Shown piece by piece: positions 10,304-21,147 of a stretch of 64,000 nt of DNA. Both the position numbers and the translations under genes were made by a program. Position 1 is the stretch's first letter, and the number at the start of each line of letters is the position of its first letter. The DNA is from Thiohalomonadaceae bacterium (lineage in GTDB: Bacteria; Pseudomonadota; Gammaproteobacteria; Thiohalomonadales; Thiohalomonadaceae). Location: positions 1,546 to 65,545 of the forward strand of contig JBNKBG010000001.1 of assembly GCA_050287105.1 (NCBI GenBank), given 5' to 3'. The notes beneath the pieces were generated by a model. That model made no database searches, was not told where the DNA came from, and worked only from the letters and a program-made list of their open reading frames with translations.

Positions 10304-10903
10304 ATGCTAGTAGTAGGTCTAACTGGTGGCATTGGATGCGGTAAATCAACGGCATGTGACTTTTTTGCACAACTTGGCGTACCCATCATTGATACGGACG
10401 AACTAGCAAGAGAGGCGGTTGCTATTGATTCCAGCACACTAGCTAGACTTACCGATGAATTTGGTACCGATATACTCCTTCCCGATAAAAGTCTTAATCG
10501 GTCTTTACTGCGCAAGCAAATCTTCAGTAATCCGACATCCCTTGCCAAGCTTGAAAGCATTTTACATCCGGAAATTCGGAGGCTACTCAGCCAACGTCTA
10601 TCTCAGATAGATACAGAGTATGTCATTGTTGCTATCCCACTCCTGCTGGAAAAGAACTGGCGAGACGCTGTTGATCGCATACTTGTTATTGACTGTCCTG
10701 TTGAACTTCAGACAGAGCGCGCACTGAAACGAGATCATGATACGGAAGAAGGAATTAAGCGCATTATGAAAATCCAGGTTAGTCGTGACGATCGCTTGGC
10801 TGCCGCAGATGATGTAATTCATAACGATTCTGATCTGGATAGCTTAATGCAGCAGGTCAACAAGCTAAACATATACTATACTCATCTCGTTTCCGCACAG
10901 TAA
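10304..10903 (+). CDS. coaE: dephospho-CoA kinase
   Basis: VVGLTGGIGCGKST P-loop. Conserved position after pilD. Confidence 0.9.
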   Translation: MLVVGLTGGIGCGKSTACDFFAQLGVPIIDTDELAREAVAIDSSTLARLTDEFGTDILLPDKSLNRSLLRKQIFSNPTSLAKLESILHPEIRRLLSQRLSQIDTEYVIVAIPLLLEKNWRDAVDRILVIDCPVELQTERALKRDHDTEEGIKRIMKIQVSRDDRLAAADDVIHNDSDLDSLMQQVNKLNIYYTHLVSAQ

Positions 10904-10938
10904 CGTAATACAATCTTGGATCAAGACTACTAAACGTA

Positions 10939-11706
10939 ATGCATGACTATACGATATATGAGCACCCTCTGAATGAGCGGATAAGGATGATGCTGAAACT
11001 AGAGCATCTGTTCCGTCAAGCTGCATATTTTCTTGAACAGAAAGATATCTGGTGCAGTCGCATTTATGTGATGAGCCTGCTGGACATACTTGATCTATTC
11101 TCCCGTGGAGACATCAAAACCGAATTACTCAAGGAACTTGATCGTTCAGCCGAAAATCTCGGTCAACTAATGCGTTACCCAGATATTGACCACGACAGAC
11201 TTGGCTCAATACTACGTGCAATCGAACATCTTATTGAAAATATTCATGCTATGACAACCACACCAGGATCTGCACTGAAAAGTGATGAATTACTTGGCGC
11301 TATACGCCAGCGTAGTACCATACCAGGAGGAACCTGCGATTTTGACCTTCCACGGTTCAATCTATGGCTTCATAGTAACTACTCTCAAAGACTAGTAGAT
11401 CAAAAGCGATGGTTTGCGTCACTGGATCCGATACGACAAACCATAGAACTCCTACTTAAAATGATACGTGGTAGTGCTGAATTTTCTAATAAAGAAACTG
11501 TCGATGGGAGTTACACTGAACAACTTGAAAAGTCGCTACCCTATCAAATGGTTCGCGTACGCCTTCCTGATAGTGCTGACTATTTTGCAGAAATTAGTGG
11601 CAGCAAGCACCGCTTCACCATTCGCTTCCTTCGACCATCTGAGAATGGAAAGAGTGAGGCCATATCGGAAAATATACCCTTCCAACTAGCCCTATGCCGA
11701 CTATGA
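10939..11706 (+). CDS. zapD: cell division protein ZapD
   Basis: 255 aa. N-terminus [19 protein letters not shown] is typical of ZapD. Located between coaE and yacG. Confidence 0.85.
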   Translation: MHDYTIYEHPLNERIRMMLKLEHLFRQAAYFLEQKDIWCSRIYVMSLLDILDLFSRGDIKTELLKELDRSAENLGQLMRYPDIDHDRLGSILRAIEHLIENIHAMTTTPGSALKSDELLGAIRQRSTIPGGTCDFDLPRFNLWLHSNYSQRLVDQKRWFASLDPIRQTIELLLKMIRGSAEFSNKETVDGSYTEQLEKSLPYQMVRVRLPDSADYFAEISGSKHRFTIRFLRPSENGKSEAISENIPFQLALCRL

Positions 11707-11912
11707 CAACCTACATTAAGTGTCCAAACTGCCAAAAGCAGACAACCTGGAAAGACAACAAATGGAGACCGTTTTGCAGTGAGCGCTGCAAGACTATTGA
11801 TCTTGGTGACTGGGCAAGCGAGCGACATTTTATTGCAGGAGATGAGCTCCTACAAGAAATTGACGAAGAGACGCTAACAGCTAATTTACATCAGTACGAA
11901 AAGGGAAATTAG
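11694..11912 (+). CDS. yacG: DNA gyrase inhibitor YacG (zinc finger)
   Basis: CPNCQK...[17 protein letters not shown]. Confidence 0.85.
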   Translation: MPTMTTYIKCPNCQKQTTWKDNKWRPFCSERCKTIDLGDWASERHFIAGDELLQEIDEETLTANLHQYEKGN

Positions 11913-12318
11913 CAGTATATTTTTTTCCTGCATCAACAAATTCGACTATGGCATTCCAGTCCGTCCTTGATGCAGTACAAACAGGTAATGTTGTTTTACC
12001 CACCCATGATCCATTACTACGTATAAGTCGATAACGATTTAAACCCATATCCATTCCTACCATCTGAAAATCCACGACAACACCTTGCCCTCCATCAGTG
12101 GCACCCTCAATTTTTAGTTGTGTAGCAAACGGGTTCAGGGGCTTAACATCCGGGCCTAACTGTAATGTGAGCGTATATCCCGCATTACTTACGACACAGC
12201 TCATAACCGCAGCATCACATGCCTTTGCGTTACCTAGTTCGATAGCAATATCACTATTGCCACACGCACTTAACATACAAGAAAGTAGAGGGATGAGAGA
12301 AATGTGATACTTATACAT
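11881..12318 (-). CDS. putative lipoprotein, function unknown
   Basis: 145 aa. Signal peptide with lipobox LSAC. The convergent 32-nt overlap with yacG makes the exact 3' end less certain. Confidence 0.45.
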   Translation of the reverse strand: MYKYHISLIPLLSCMLSACGNSDIAIELGNAKACDAAVMSCVVSNAGYTLTLQLGPDVKPLNPFATQLKIEGATDGGQGVVVDFQMVGMDMGLNRYRLIRSNGSWVGKTTLPVCTASRTDWNAIVEFVDAGKKYTANFPFRTDVN

Positions 12319-12327
12319 AGCGTATAC

Positions 12328-13314
12328 CTAACTATTTTTCCAAAATGTACGAATACCAGCAATACCTTGGGCACCACTCTGCCATGCCTGTGACAAATTA
12401 CTAATGTGCATTCCACCTAGTGCGTAGACGGGTACAGCAGATTCATCACATACCGTCATGAAAGTCTCCCAGCCCATTGGTTCTGTATCAGGATGCGAAA
12501 GTGTCCTCTCGACAGGCCCCAAAAGAACAAAATCACACCCAATCCTATTTGCATGTCGCACTTCTTCAATGCTGTGGCATGAAGCACTAAGTAATTTCGT
12601 ATCAGGAACTGTCCTACTATTTGTTTTAAGCAGATGTTTTGATGGAAGGTGCCATCCATCAAAATCAAGCTCTGCTATCTTATGCGTATCTATCTTTCTC
12701 ATTTCTATATTTAAAATTACTTTGCAGCATCTACGGTGACAGATAGATATCACTTCTTCAGCCAATTCTACGTATTCCGATGGTGCAAGTGATTTAGCTC
12801 TAAACTGGAGAAGCGTAATTCCATTTAGTAAACTGGAATCTAGCTGTTTCAGGTAGCCATCCCAGCCCTTATCAGTATCACACGGCTCAGGAGTAATCAT
12901 ATACTTATCGGGAAGCTGGCATGCTGTCACAATGGTTTTGTTGGCAGCGGGAATTTGTGTAACAGCCATATCATCCAGAGAAACCCACTTAACAGCTTGT
13001 CCCTCTGCCCCGGCTGGTTCACCCTTATAGGTAGTAACAAGCCAAACATCTAAGAGGACATGCTTATCTGGATAATCATACGGAATACGAATTAGTGGAC
13101 GTGAATCCGTAATGGTGATGCGTAGCTCTTCATAAATCTCCCTAACTAATGCCTCTTCTACGGTTTCACCTACCTCCACCTTACCACCAGGAAATTCCCA
13201 TAATCCGCCTTGATGTGAATCGGGATGACGCTGAGATATTAAGATACATCCATCCTCATCACGAATAACTGCTACAGCGACAATTTGACGGTTATGCTGC
13301 ATAAAATGCATCAC
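12328..13314 (-). CDS. Nudix (MutT-like) hydrolase fused to a ThiE-like (thiamine-phosphate synthase fold) domain
   Basis: Nudix box GGKVEVGETVEEALVREIYEELRI in the N-terminal half. The C-terminal half is TIM-barrel ThiE-like (ASCHS..E...A...G.DFVLLGPV). Same fusion and position as the Pseudomonas mutT-argJ-secA neighbourhood. Confidence 0.8.
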   Translation of the reverse strand: MMHFMQHNRQIVAVAVIRDEDGCILISQRHPDSHQGGLWEFPGGKVEVGETVEEALVREIYEELRITITDSRPLIRIPYDYPDKHVLLDVWLVTTYKGEPAGAEGQAVKWVSLDDMAVTQIPAANKTIVTACQLPDKYMITPEPCDTDKGWDGYLKQLDSSLLNGITLLQFRAKSLAPSEYVELAEEVISICHRRCCKVILNIEMRKIDTHKIAELDFDGWHLPSKHLLKTNSRTVPDTKLLSASCHSIEEVRHANRIGCDFVLLGPVERTLSHPDTEPMGWETFMTVCDESAVPVYALGGMHISNLSQAWQSGAQGIAGIRTFWKNS

Positions 13315-13328
13315 CTGAATACACCATT

Positions 13329-14543
13329 TCAGGTACGATACTCTGCATTAATTTTTACGTACTCATATGAGAAATCACATGTCCACACTGTTGTTTGGGT
13401 ATTACCTCTCCCCAGCACCACATGTATGGTTATCTCTTCGCCGGACATAGCCAGCTGACCCAGCTCTTCCGTGTAGCCGACATCTGGTTCGCCATTGTGA
13501 ATAACGCAGACATCACCAAGATATATATCAACCCTACCAAGGTCCAGGTCATTTACACCGGCACGTCCTACCGCAGCGAGTATTCTCCCCCAATTAGGGT
13601 CTGATGCAAATAGTGCCGTTTTCACTAATGGAGAATGTGCGATCGTATAAGCTATTTTACTAGCTTCATCATCACATTTGGCTTCTGCTACTTTAATGGT
13701 GACAAACTTAGTTGCCCCTTCACCATCCTTAACGATCTGCTGCGCAAGACTGGTCATGATTTCATCAAGTGCTGATTCAAATAACACCTGATCATTTGTG
13801 CACTCTTCAACAGCTACTTCCGATTCACCACTCGCAATCAATACACACGCATCATTTGTTGAAGTATCACCATCTACAGTAATCCGGTTAAATGACTTAT
13901 TTACAGATGAGAGCAGAGCGCGGTGCAATATAGATGCTTCGATAACGGCATCGGTTGCTACAAAGGCAAGCATAGTCGCCATATCTGGACGAATCATGCC
14001 TGAACCTTTAGCGATACCCGTTATGGTTACCTCACCAGTCGACAACATTACTTTTCCCGTCGCACCTTTTGGCACCGTGTCAGTAGTGAGTATTGCTGAC
14101 GCCGCTTCGCCCCAGCTATTTGCATCGAGCCGCGAGGTAACTTCAGGTATAACGTTTTGAATACGCTCAACAGGCAGCGGAGCGCCAATTACGCCAGTTG
14201 AGAACGGCAACACCTCTTCAACCAGGCACTCGGTTGCATCAGCAATACAGCGGCAACATGTTACAGCATCAGTATATCCGGCAGCACCAGTACCAGCATT
14301 GGCGTTCCCGGTATTTATTAGCAGATATCGTGGTTTGGAACGACTCAGGTGCTCTCTGGCGAGTACTACCGGAGCGGCACAAAATAAATTTCGGGTAAAT
14401 GTCGCAGCAACCGAGCAAGAGTCAGACAGCTCAAAAAGAACCACATCCTTACGCCCAGGTTTCTTGATGCCAGCAGAGGCTGTGGCAATTCTCACGCCAG
14501 CTATCGGCATTAATTCTGGCAGACCACTATATAAAACGGCCAT
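13329..14543 (-). CDS. argJ: bifunctional glutamate N-acetyltransferase / amino-acid acetyltransferase
   Basis: 404 aa with motifs NTGNANAGTG, TTDT.PK and GMI.P.MATML. Confidence 0.95.
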   Translation of the reverse strand: MAVLYSGLPELMPIAGVRIATASAGIKKPGRKDVVLFELSDSCSVAATFTRNLFCAAPVVLAREHLSRSKPRYLLINTGNANAGTGAAGYTDAVTCCRCIADATECLVEEVLPFSTGVIGAPLPVERIQNVIPEVTSRLDANSWGEAASAILTTDTVPKGATGKVMLSTGEVTITGIAKGSGMIRPDMATMLAFVATDAVIEASILHRALLSSVNKSFNRITVDGDTSTNDACVLIASGESEVAVEECTNDQVLFESALDEIMTSLAQQIVKDGEGATKFVTIKVAEAKCDDEASKIAYTIAHSPLVKTALFASDPNWGRILAAVGRAGVNDLDLGRVDIYLGDVCVIHNGEPDVGYTEELGQLAMSGEEITIHVVLGRGNTQTTVWTCDFSYEYVKINAEYRT

Positions 14544-14557
14544 ACTCTACTCCGCAG

Positions 14558-17263
14558 TTAGGCAACTTTCCCATGACATTGTTTGTATTTTTTACCAGAA
14601 CCACATGGGCAAGGTTCATTCCGTCCTACTTTCTTACCGTCTCTAACAAATGGCTGCGCCACATCACCAGCACTATCATCTTCTTCGTCGGGTGAGAAGG
14701 TATTAATTTCATCATGCTCATACTGCATATCAATATTACTGCGACGCTGCTGTTCAACTGCCGCGACATCTTCTTCAGCTTTCACCTCAACTTTTGAAAT
14801 AATCTTGATGACATCATATTTTATGCGGTCAAGAAGTTGCGTAAATAGTTCGAATGCCTCTCGTTTATACTCCTGCTTAGGGTTCTTTTGCGCATAGCCA
14901 CGCAGATGTATTCCCTGCCTGAGATAGTCCATTGCGGCAAGATGCTCTTTCCAAAGCGTGTCAAGAACCTGAAGCATTATGGCCTTTTCAAAGTGTCGAA
15001 TGACATCGCTACCCGCCTGCTGCTCCTTATTTGCATATAGCGTTTTCATTTCTTCAAGAACCCGATCTCGCAGAGACTCTTCATGTAATGATTCATCAGA
15101 TTCAAGCCAACCACGAATATCCATTTTCGCCGAAAAATCATCGTCAAGACGAGTTTCCAGCCCTGCAACATCCCATTGTTCTTCAATGCTCTGTGGTGGA
15201 ATATATTCGTCAATTACTGCATTGATCACATCTTCACGAATGGTTTGAATTGTTCCCGATATATCCACCTGGGACATCAAATCAGTGCGTTGCTCATAAA
15301 TAACCTTACGCTGATCATTTGCAACGTCGTCATATTCAAGCAGATTCTTTCGTATATCAAAGTTATGTCCCTCAACCTTGCGCTGGGCATTTTCAATTGC
15401 ACGGGATACCCATGGATGCTCGATAGCTTCGCCTTCTTGCATGCCCAGTCTTTGCATAATGGAAGAGACTCTATCAGATGCAAAAATGCGCATCAGGTTG
15501 TCTTCCAGGGAAAGATAGAATCGACTTGATCCAGGGTCTCCCTGGCGACCAGAGCGCCCACGTAATTGATTATCTATACGGCGCGATTCATGACGCTCAG
15601 TACCAATAATATGCAGACCACCTGCATCAATTACTTTCTGATGCCGTATATTCCAGTCGACCTTTTCTGCTTCAATAGTCGCGTCCGATGCATTTTCACC
15701 CAATGCAGCTAGTGCAGCGTCAGGGTTACCTCCAAGTACGATATCAGTACCACGTCCGGCCATGTTGGTTGCGATAGTTACCGCGCCAGGGCTGCCAGCC
15801 TGAGCAACAATTTCGGCTTCACGCTCATGTTGTTTGGCATTCAGTACTTCGTGTTTGATGCCATTCTTTTTCAGTAGTTCTGACAGATATTCAGATATCT
15901 CAATTGATGTGGTACCTACTAAAGTCGGTTGCCCGCGTTTATTACAATCCCTGATGTCTTCAACGATGGCATCAAATTTTTCCTTCGCCGAAAGATAAAT
16001 CAGGTCACCCATATCATTGCGAATCATCGGCCGGTGAGTTGGAATGACCAGAACTTCGAGATTATAGATTTGCTGGAACTCGTAGGCCTCTGTATCCGCA
16101 GTACCTGTCATACCAGACAGTTTGTTGTACAAGCGAAAATAGTTTTGAAAGGTAATTGAGGCCAGGGTTTGGTTCTCACTCTCTATCTTAACGCCCTCTT
16201 TCGCCTCTATCGCCTGATGCAATCCATCGGACCAGCGTCGCCCAGCCATTGTACGACCAGTAAATTCATCAACTATGACGATCTGTCCATTACTAACGAT
16301 ATAATCCACATCTTTGTGGAACAATACATGAGCACGTAGCGCCGCATTAACATGGTGCATGAGATTGATATTCGCGGCGTCATATAGTGATTCGCCGTCA
16401 GAAAGCAACTTCTCTTGCATCAGCAAATTTTCAATACGCTCGTGCCCATCTTCGGTGAGATGCACTTGTTTGGATTTTTCATCCACAGTGTAGTCGCCTG
16501 GTCCATCCTCTTCTTCGACCTTCTTCAGTCTGGGAACCAGCTTATTGATACTGACGTATAGATTTGAACTGTCTTCTGCCTGACCCGAGATAATAAGCGG
16601 CGTTCTTGCCTCGTCGATCAGGATAGAGTCAACTTCGTCGACTATTGCATAGTTCAGTTCACGCTGCGCCTTATCCTCAAGGCTAAATGCCATATTGTCA
16701 CGCAGATAATCAAAACCAAATTCGTTATTCGTGCCATAGACAATGTCACAGCTATAAGCGTGTTGACGCTCTTCCTGTCCAATACCATTGACGATTACGC
16801 CTGTCGTCATTCCAAGGAAGGTATATAAGCGCCCCATCCATTCCGCATCCCGGCGTGCAAGATAGTCATTCACTGTAATTACGTGCACACCTTTACCCGA
16901 TAGCGCATTCAGATACGCGGGCAGCGTTGCCATCAGGGTTTTACCTTCACCGGTACGCATTTCGGCGATTTTTCCGTTATGTAGTGCCATGCCACCGATC
17001 ATCTGCACATCGTAGTGGCGCATACCAAATACGCGCTTGCTTGCCTCGCGCACAACCGCAAATGCTTCCGGTAATAGGGAGTCGAGTGTATCGCCCTGTT
17101 GCAGTCGTTTCTTGAATTCGACGGTCTTGGCCTGCAAAGCAGAATTATTTAGCGACTCATACTCCGGTTCCAGTGCATTAATTGAGTCAACCGTCTTACG
17201 CATGCGCTTAACTGCACGATCATTACGGCTGCCGAAAATATTGCTGAAAATTTTGCTAATCAT
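14558..17263 (-). CDS. secA: preprotein translocase ATPase SecA
   Basis: 901 aa with MRTGEGKTL Walker [20 protein letters not shown], and C-terminal zinc motif [14 protein letters not shown]. Confidence 0.98.
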   Translation of the reverse strand: MISKIFSNIFGSRNDRAVKRMRKTVDSINALEPEYESLNNSALQAKTVEFKKRLQQGDTLDSLLPEAFAVVREASKRVFGMRHYDVQMIGGMALHNGKIAEMRTGEGKTLMATLPAYLNALSGKGVHVITVNDYLARRDAEWMGRLYTFLGMTTGVIVNGIGQEERQHAYSCDIVYGTNNEFGFDYLRDNMAFSLEDKAQRELNYAIVDEVDSILIDEARTPLIISGQAEDSSNLYVSINKLVPRLKKVEEEDGPGDYTVDEKSKQVHLTEDGHERIENLLMQEKLLSDGESLYDAANINLMHHVNAALRAHVLFHKDVDYIVSNGQIVIVDEFTGRTMAGRRWSDGLHQAIEAKEGVKIESENQTLASITFQNYFRLYNKLSGMTGTADTEAYEFQQIYNLEVLVIPTHRPMIRNDMGDLIYLSAKEKFDAIVEDIRDCNKRGQPTLVGTTSIEISEYLSELLKKNGIKHEVLNAKQHEREAEIVAQAGSPGAVTIATNMAGRGTDIVLGGNPDAALAALGENASDATIEAEKVDWNIRHQKVIDAGGLHIIGTERHESRRIDNQLRGRSGRQGDPGSSRFYLSLEDNLMRIFASDRVSSIMQRLGMQEGEAIEHPWVSRAIENAQRKVEGHNFDIRKNLLEYDDVANDQRKVIYEQRTDLMSQVDISGTIQTIREDVINAVIDEYIPPQSIEEQWDVAGLETRLDDDFSAKMDIRGWLESDESLHEESLRDRVLEEMKTLYANKEQQAGSDVIRHFEKAIMLQVLDTLWKEHLAAMDYLRQGIHLRGYAQKNPKQEYKREAFELFTQLLDRIKYDVIKIISKVEVKAEEDVAAVEQQRRSNIDMQYEHDEINTFSPDEEDDSAGDVAQPFVRDGKKVGRNEPCPCGSGKKYKQCHGKVA

Positions 17264-17324
17264 CTAATGTCTCATCCCAATACAAAGCATACAATTAAAC
17301 GGAGTATTGCCTGAAACTGCGCGG

Positions 17325-18533
17325 CTACTCCACCTTGGCGACAGGTGAATAATCACCTGTACGCAAGTACTCGGGGGATGATCCAGATGCCAAGGATGGT
17401 GAGGAAATACTTATGGTCCCGCGCTGATCGATTAAGAGCGAGGTGTGAGGGAAATCTTTCCGCGTTAAATCCGAGATAATATTTGCTGCAGTGTTTTTTT
17501 CATCAGGCAGCGTACCAACTTCTCTCTGCTGCTTTGCTGAAACAATCTTTCCGCCTATGAAACGCCCTGTACTATCCATGTCTGCCAGTAACAGTGGCGC
17601 TATACCATTTTCATCGCGGATATTGATACCCCAGTGAGTGGCAAAATTACCCAGACTGTAGGCGATCAAGCGTTCCTGATACAGTTCTAGTGCACGCGGC
17701 ACATGTGGCCCATGGCCAATCACCAGATCAGCTCCCGCCTCCACAGCCATGTGGGCAAATTCCACTACGTCACCGCGATCCTCGCCATGAAAATATTCAT
17801 GGGCAAAAGGAATACGCATGCTATCTGCACCCTCAGCACCACCATGGATAGAAACGATAACGATGCCATGCTCAGAGGAGAGTTGTTCTATCTGTTTCCT
17901 TGCTTTGGCAATATCCAACATATCGTTGGCGCCTTTAAAGGGAGCAAAAGCAATCACCGCAACCAGCTGCCCTTTTACCTGCAAAACCGCAATATCACCT
18001 TCTCTACCACTATGTCCAATACCGGCTGCGGCAAGAACAGCCATGCTGCTATCACGCCCCTGCTCGCCAAAATCACGTGCATGATTGTTAGCAAGACTAA
18101 GAACATCAAAACCAGCCAGCTTTAACTGTTCAACAAATCGGCCTGGTGTTCTAAACAGATAACAACTGTTGGGCGAAGAACACTGTTTTTCCGGTTCACC
18201 GCCATCAAGCAGGGAACCTTCCAGGTTACCAAAAGTGATATCGGCCTGGCGCAGCTCTTCAGCCATCGCCTGCAATAGACGCACATCATCAGAAGGAAGG
18301 TGATCATTAGGGAAATCGTTACCCAGCATAATATCGCCGACCGCAGCCACACGGAGATTTGGCAACACTTCGGCACGATTATCGGGAACTTCCTGTCTTA
18401 CCCCATTACTGGAACAGGCAGCAAGAAAGAACGACAGACACAACGCGACACCTCGTGCCGAGTAGTGTCGACCCGAGTGGCTTCTGTTATGTTTTGCCGT
18501 AAAACCGCTCTTCATGGATGACATACTGCTCAC
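17325..18533 (-). CDS. CapA/PGA_cap family metallophosphatase-like lipoprotein
   Basis: 402 aa with lipobox FLAAC. Motifs GD.M.G, NLE, LANNH and HGG.E are typical of the CapA family. Confidence 0.7.
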   Translation of the reverse strand: MSSMSSMKSGFTAKHNRSHSGRHYSARGVALCLSFFLAACSSNGVRQEVPDNRAEVLPNLRVAAVGDIMLGNDFPNDHLPSDDVRLLQAMAEELRQADITFGNLEGSLLDGGEPEKQCSSPNSCYLFRTPGRFVEQLKLAGFDVLSLANNHARDFGEQGRDSSMAVLAAAGIGHSGREGDIAVLQVKGQLVAVIAFAPFKGANDMLDIAKARKQIEQLSSEHGIVIVSIHGGAEGADSMRIPFAHEYFHGEDRGDVVEFAHMAVEAGADLVIGHGPHVPRALELYQERLIAYSLGNFATHWGINIRDENGIAPLLLADMDSTGRFIGGKIVSAKQQREVGTLPDEKNTAANIISDLTRKDFPHTSLLIDQRGTISISSPSLASGSSPEYLRTGDYSPVAKVE

Positions 18534-18643
18534 CTACCCGCTGCAATACACGGGCTTATTAAACGACAAAGCCGCATCCAATGAGACGCGGCCTGTATTC
18601 CCCCTCAAAGGGAGCTGTGGCTGACTGACCTGCATTTGCTCGG

Positions 18644-19573
18644 TCAGTTAGAAGCGTATATGTACTTGCCCGGGTCAACCGTCCTGCCATTTACCCAAAC
18701 TTCAAAATGCACGTGAGGCCCAGTGGAACGTCCGGTTGACCCCATCTTGGCAATCAGTTGACCTTTCTTAATCGTGTCACCCACCTTAATCAAGGTCTCC
18801 TTGCAATGACCATAGCGGGTCACATAGCCGTTACCATGATTAATCTCGACCAGATTACCGTAGCCATAACGCTTGCCTGACCAGGTTACAACGCCAGCGG
18901 CAACCGCGAGAATATCGCTACCATCTTTACCGGCCAGATCGACACCCTTGTGGAATTCCGGTTTGCCGGTGAAGGGATCGTTACGGGTACCATAGCTGGA
19001 GGAGAGCCAACCTTTGGTAATGGGTCTGCCAGCCGGGAGAACCTCAGCCTGCAGATTACGGTTCATAATCATTGATTCCAATACGCTCAACTGCTTATCA
19101 CGGTCATCAAGCTGTTTGCTGAGTTCATTGAGTTGGGACATAAAATCTGCAACCTGAATGGTGCTGACTGCGGCACTGGCTTCTTCCGGACCACCTTGTG
19201 CCGGTGGCGTGGAAAAATCGAACTCGCCACTATCCAGACCGGCACTACGGGTCAAACGCTGCCCCAGTGCATCCAGGCGGATAACATGCGCCTGCATCTT
19301 GCCAAGGCGCAGAGTCAGGGCATTCAGATTTTCATCAGCAACGCGCTTTGCATCCACAATATCTGCACGCTGTTTATCCAGCTCTGCATTAACGGCTTCT
19401 GCCAGAGCGAGTGGATCAAGAGGGGCATCATCACGACCGAGCTGATATCCGCCATAAAGCGCCAGTGCAGGCAAAGCAAGGAACACCACCGCGGCGATCG
19501 CCATGATCTTGCCTCTATCGAGACTAAGGCAGCCGGAACCGCCAAGACGTTTGGATACCAGTAGTACGTTCAT
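18644..19573 (-). CDS. M23 family metallopeptidase (murein DD-endopeptidase-like) with coiled-coil N-terminus
   Basis: C-terminal HKGVDLAG...YGNLVEINHGNGYVTRYGH...GSTGRSTGPHVHFEV. Confidence 0.9.
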   Translation of the reverse strand: MNVLLVSKRLGGSGCLSLDRGKIMAIAAVVFLALPALALYGGYQLGRDDAPLDPLALAEAVNAELDKQRADIVDAKRVADENLNALTLRLGKMQAHVIRLDALGQRLTRSAGLDSGEFDFSTPPAQGGPEEASAAVSTIQVADFMSQLNELSKQLDDRDKQLSVLESMIMNRNLQAEVLPAGRPITKGWLSSSYGTRNDPFTGKPEFHKGVDLAGKDGSDILAVAAGVVTWSGKRYGYGNLVEINHGNGYVTRYGHCKETLIKVGDTIKKGQLIAKMGSTGRSTGPHVHFEVWVNGRTVDPGKYIYASN

Positions 19574-19627
19574 TTATACTTTGCCTATAATTTTGTTTTG
19601 TATAACAAGAGTTTGTATCATAGCGAG

Positions 19628-20095
19628 ATGCAAATCAACAAACCACGCACATTCCCTGAACTGCTCGCCGATCAGGATAATCCTCAACTGAACGGCTTGG
19701 TACGTCGTGGCCGGCATCTCCATGGACTGCGTGTCCTGCTCGGCGAATTACTGGGAGGGGAACTATCAACACACTGCCAACTGGCAAACATCAAGGGCAA
19801 CACCCTCGTCCTGGCTGCCAGCTCAACCGCCTGGGCAACCCGCGTGCGTTACCAGACTCCCCAACTACTACAAAAAATCAGACTGGATGAGCGCTTCAGC
19901 GGTATCGGCAATATCCATGTTCGGATCGTACCGCCTGAATCTCCTACTGACGCTCCCCGTCATGTTCGACGTGCCACCATGTCGGAAGCAGCATCGTCAT
20001 GTATCAATCAGTGCGCGGAAGGTATTGATGATCCGCGTCTAAGTTCTGCCCTGAAACACCTGGCAAAACAAAAACGGTCAGGTACTACTACCTGA
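19628..20095 (+). CDS. DUF721 (DciA-like) protein
   Basis: Motif GNTLVLAASSTAWATRVRYQTPQLLQKI. Conserved location divergent from the M23 peptidase and next to lpxC. Start taken at the ATG at 19628. Confidence 0.6.
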   Translation: MQINKPRTFPELLADQDNPQLNGLVRRGRHLHGLRVLLGELLGGELSTHCQLANIKGNTLVLAASSTAWATRVRYQTPQLLQKIRLDERFSGIGNIHVRIVPPESPTDAPRHVRRATMSEAASSCINQCAEGIDDPRLSSALKHLAKQKRSGTTT

Positions 20096-20098
20096 CCG
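20075..20098. terminator. perfect 10-bp hairpin between convergent DUF721 and lpxC genes
   Basis: cggtcaggta-ctac-tacctgaccg. It overlaps the DUF721 stop codon. Confidence 0.5.
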
Positions 20099-20108
20099 TC
20101 TGAAATTC

Positions 20109-21020
20109 TTAGCTTGCGGCCACCGGCTGCATGTACGAGATAGGCGCCTCTTTCGGATCCTCGAAGGTCACCAGTTCCCACGCATCCTCATTGGCCAGCA
20201 AAGTTCTCAGCAATTGATTGTTCATGGCATGGCCAGACTTATGCCCACTGAAGGCGCCGATCAGGCTGTGGCCAAGCAAGTAGAGATCGCCGATAGCATC
20301 AAGCACCTTGTGCTTAACAAACTCATCCTCGTAGCGCAGACCGTCTTCGTTCAGAATCCGGTAATCGTCAACGACGATGGCATTATCCAGACTTCCACCC
20401 AATGCAAGATTACGCGCTCTGAGGGACTCCAGTTGACTCATAAAGCCAAAGGTTCGTGCGCGGCTAACTTCCTTAACAAATGAGATAGTGGAGAAGTCGA
20501 TCTCCGCCATCTGGCTGCGACAGGTGAAGACAGGATTATCAAAATCGATTGAGAGTGAGACCTTGAAACCGCTGAAGGGTTCAAACTGAACCCACTTGTC
20601 ACCATCTTCCACCCGTACGGTCTTCTTGATGCGAATAAAGCGCTTGGGTGCATTCTGCTCCACGATACCAGCGGACTGGATCAGGAACACAAACGGACCG
20701 GCACTGCCATCCATGATGGGCACTTCAGCGGCACTTAAATCAACATAGGCATTGTCGATACCGAGGCCAGCCATCGCGGATAGCAGATGCTCAACCGTAG
20801 AGATGCGAACATCGCCATCTGCCAACGTTGAGGAGAGAGTTGTTTCGCCAACGTTTTCCGCCTTGGCAATAACCTCGACCACCGGCTCCAGATCAATACG
20901 ACGGAAGATAATCCCGGCATCAACAGGCGCAGGGCGCAGGGTCAAATAGACCTTTTCACCAGTGTGCAGACCAACACCGGTCGCACGAATAACGTTTTTA
21001 AGTGTTCTTTGGCGAATCAT
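20109..21020 (-). CDS. lpxC: UDP-3-O-acyl-N-acetylglucosamine deacetylase
   Basis: 303 aa. [19 protein letters not shown] and [12 protein letters not shown] motifs. Confidence 0.97.
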   Translation of the reverse strand: MIRQRTLKNVIRATGVGLHTGEKVYLTLRPAPVDAGIIFRRIDLEPVVEVIAKAENVGETTLSSTLADGDVRISTVEHLLSAMAGLGIDNAYVDLSAAEVPIMDGSAGPFVFLIQSAGIVEQNAPKRFIRIKKTVRVEDGDKWVQFEPFSGFKVSLSIDFDNPVFTCRSQMAEIDFSTISFVKEVSRARTFGFMSQLESLRARNLALGGSLDNAIVVDDYRILNEDGLRYEDEFVKHKVLDAIGDLYLLGHSLIGAFSGHKSGHAMNNQLLRTLLANEDAWELVTFEDPKEAPISYMQPVAAS

Positions 21021-21147
21021 CGTTCCCTTAAACCCCTGAATTTACTGGCACTCTGCCCCATTATCGGACGAGAATAGTACCACACAGGGATTATCCCTGC
21101 CTAGTGAATGGATTCACAATTCCTGACATCCCTGCCCGGAGACAGGG

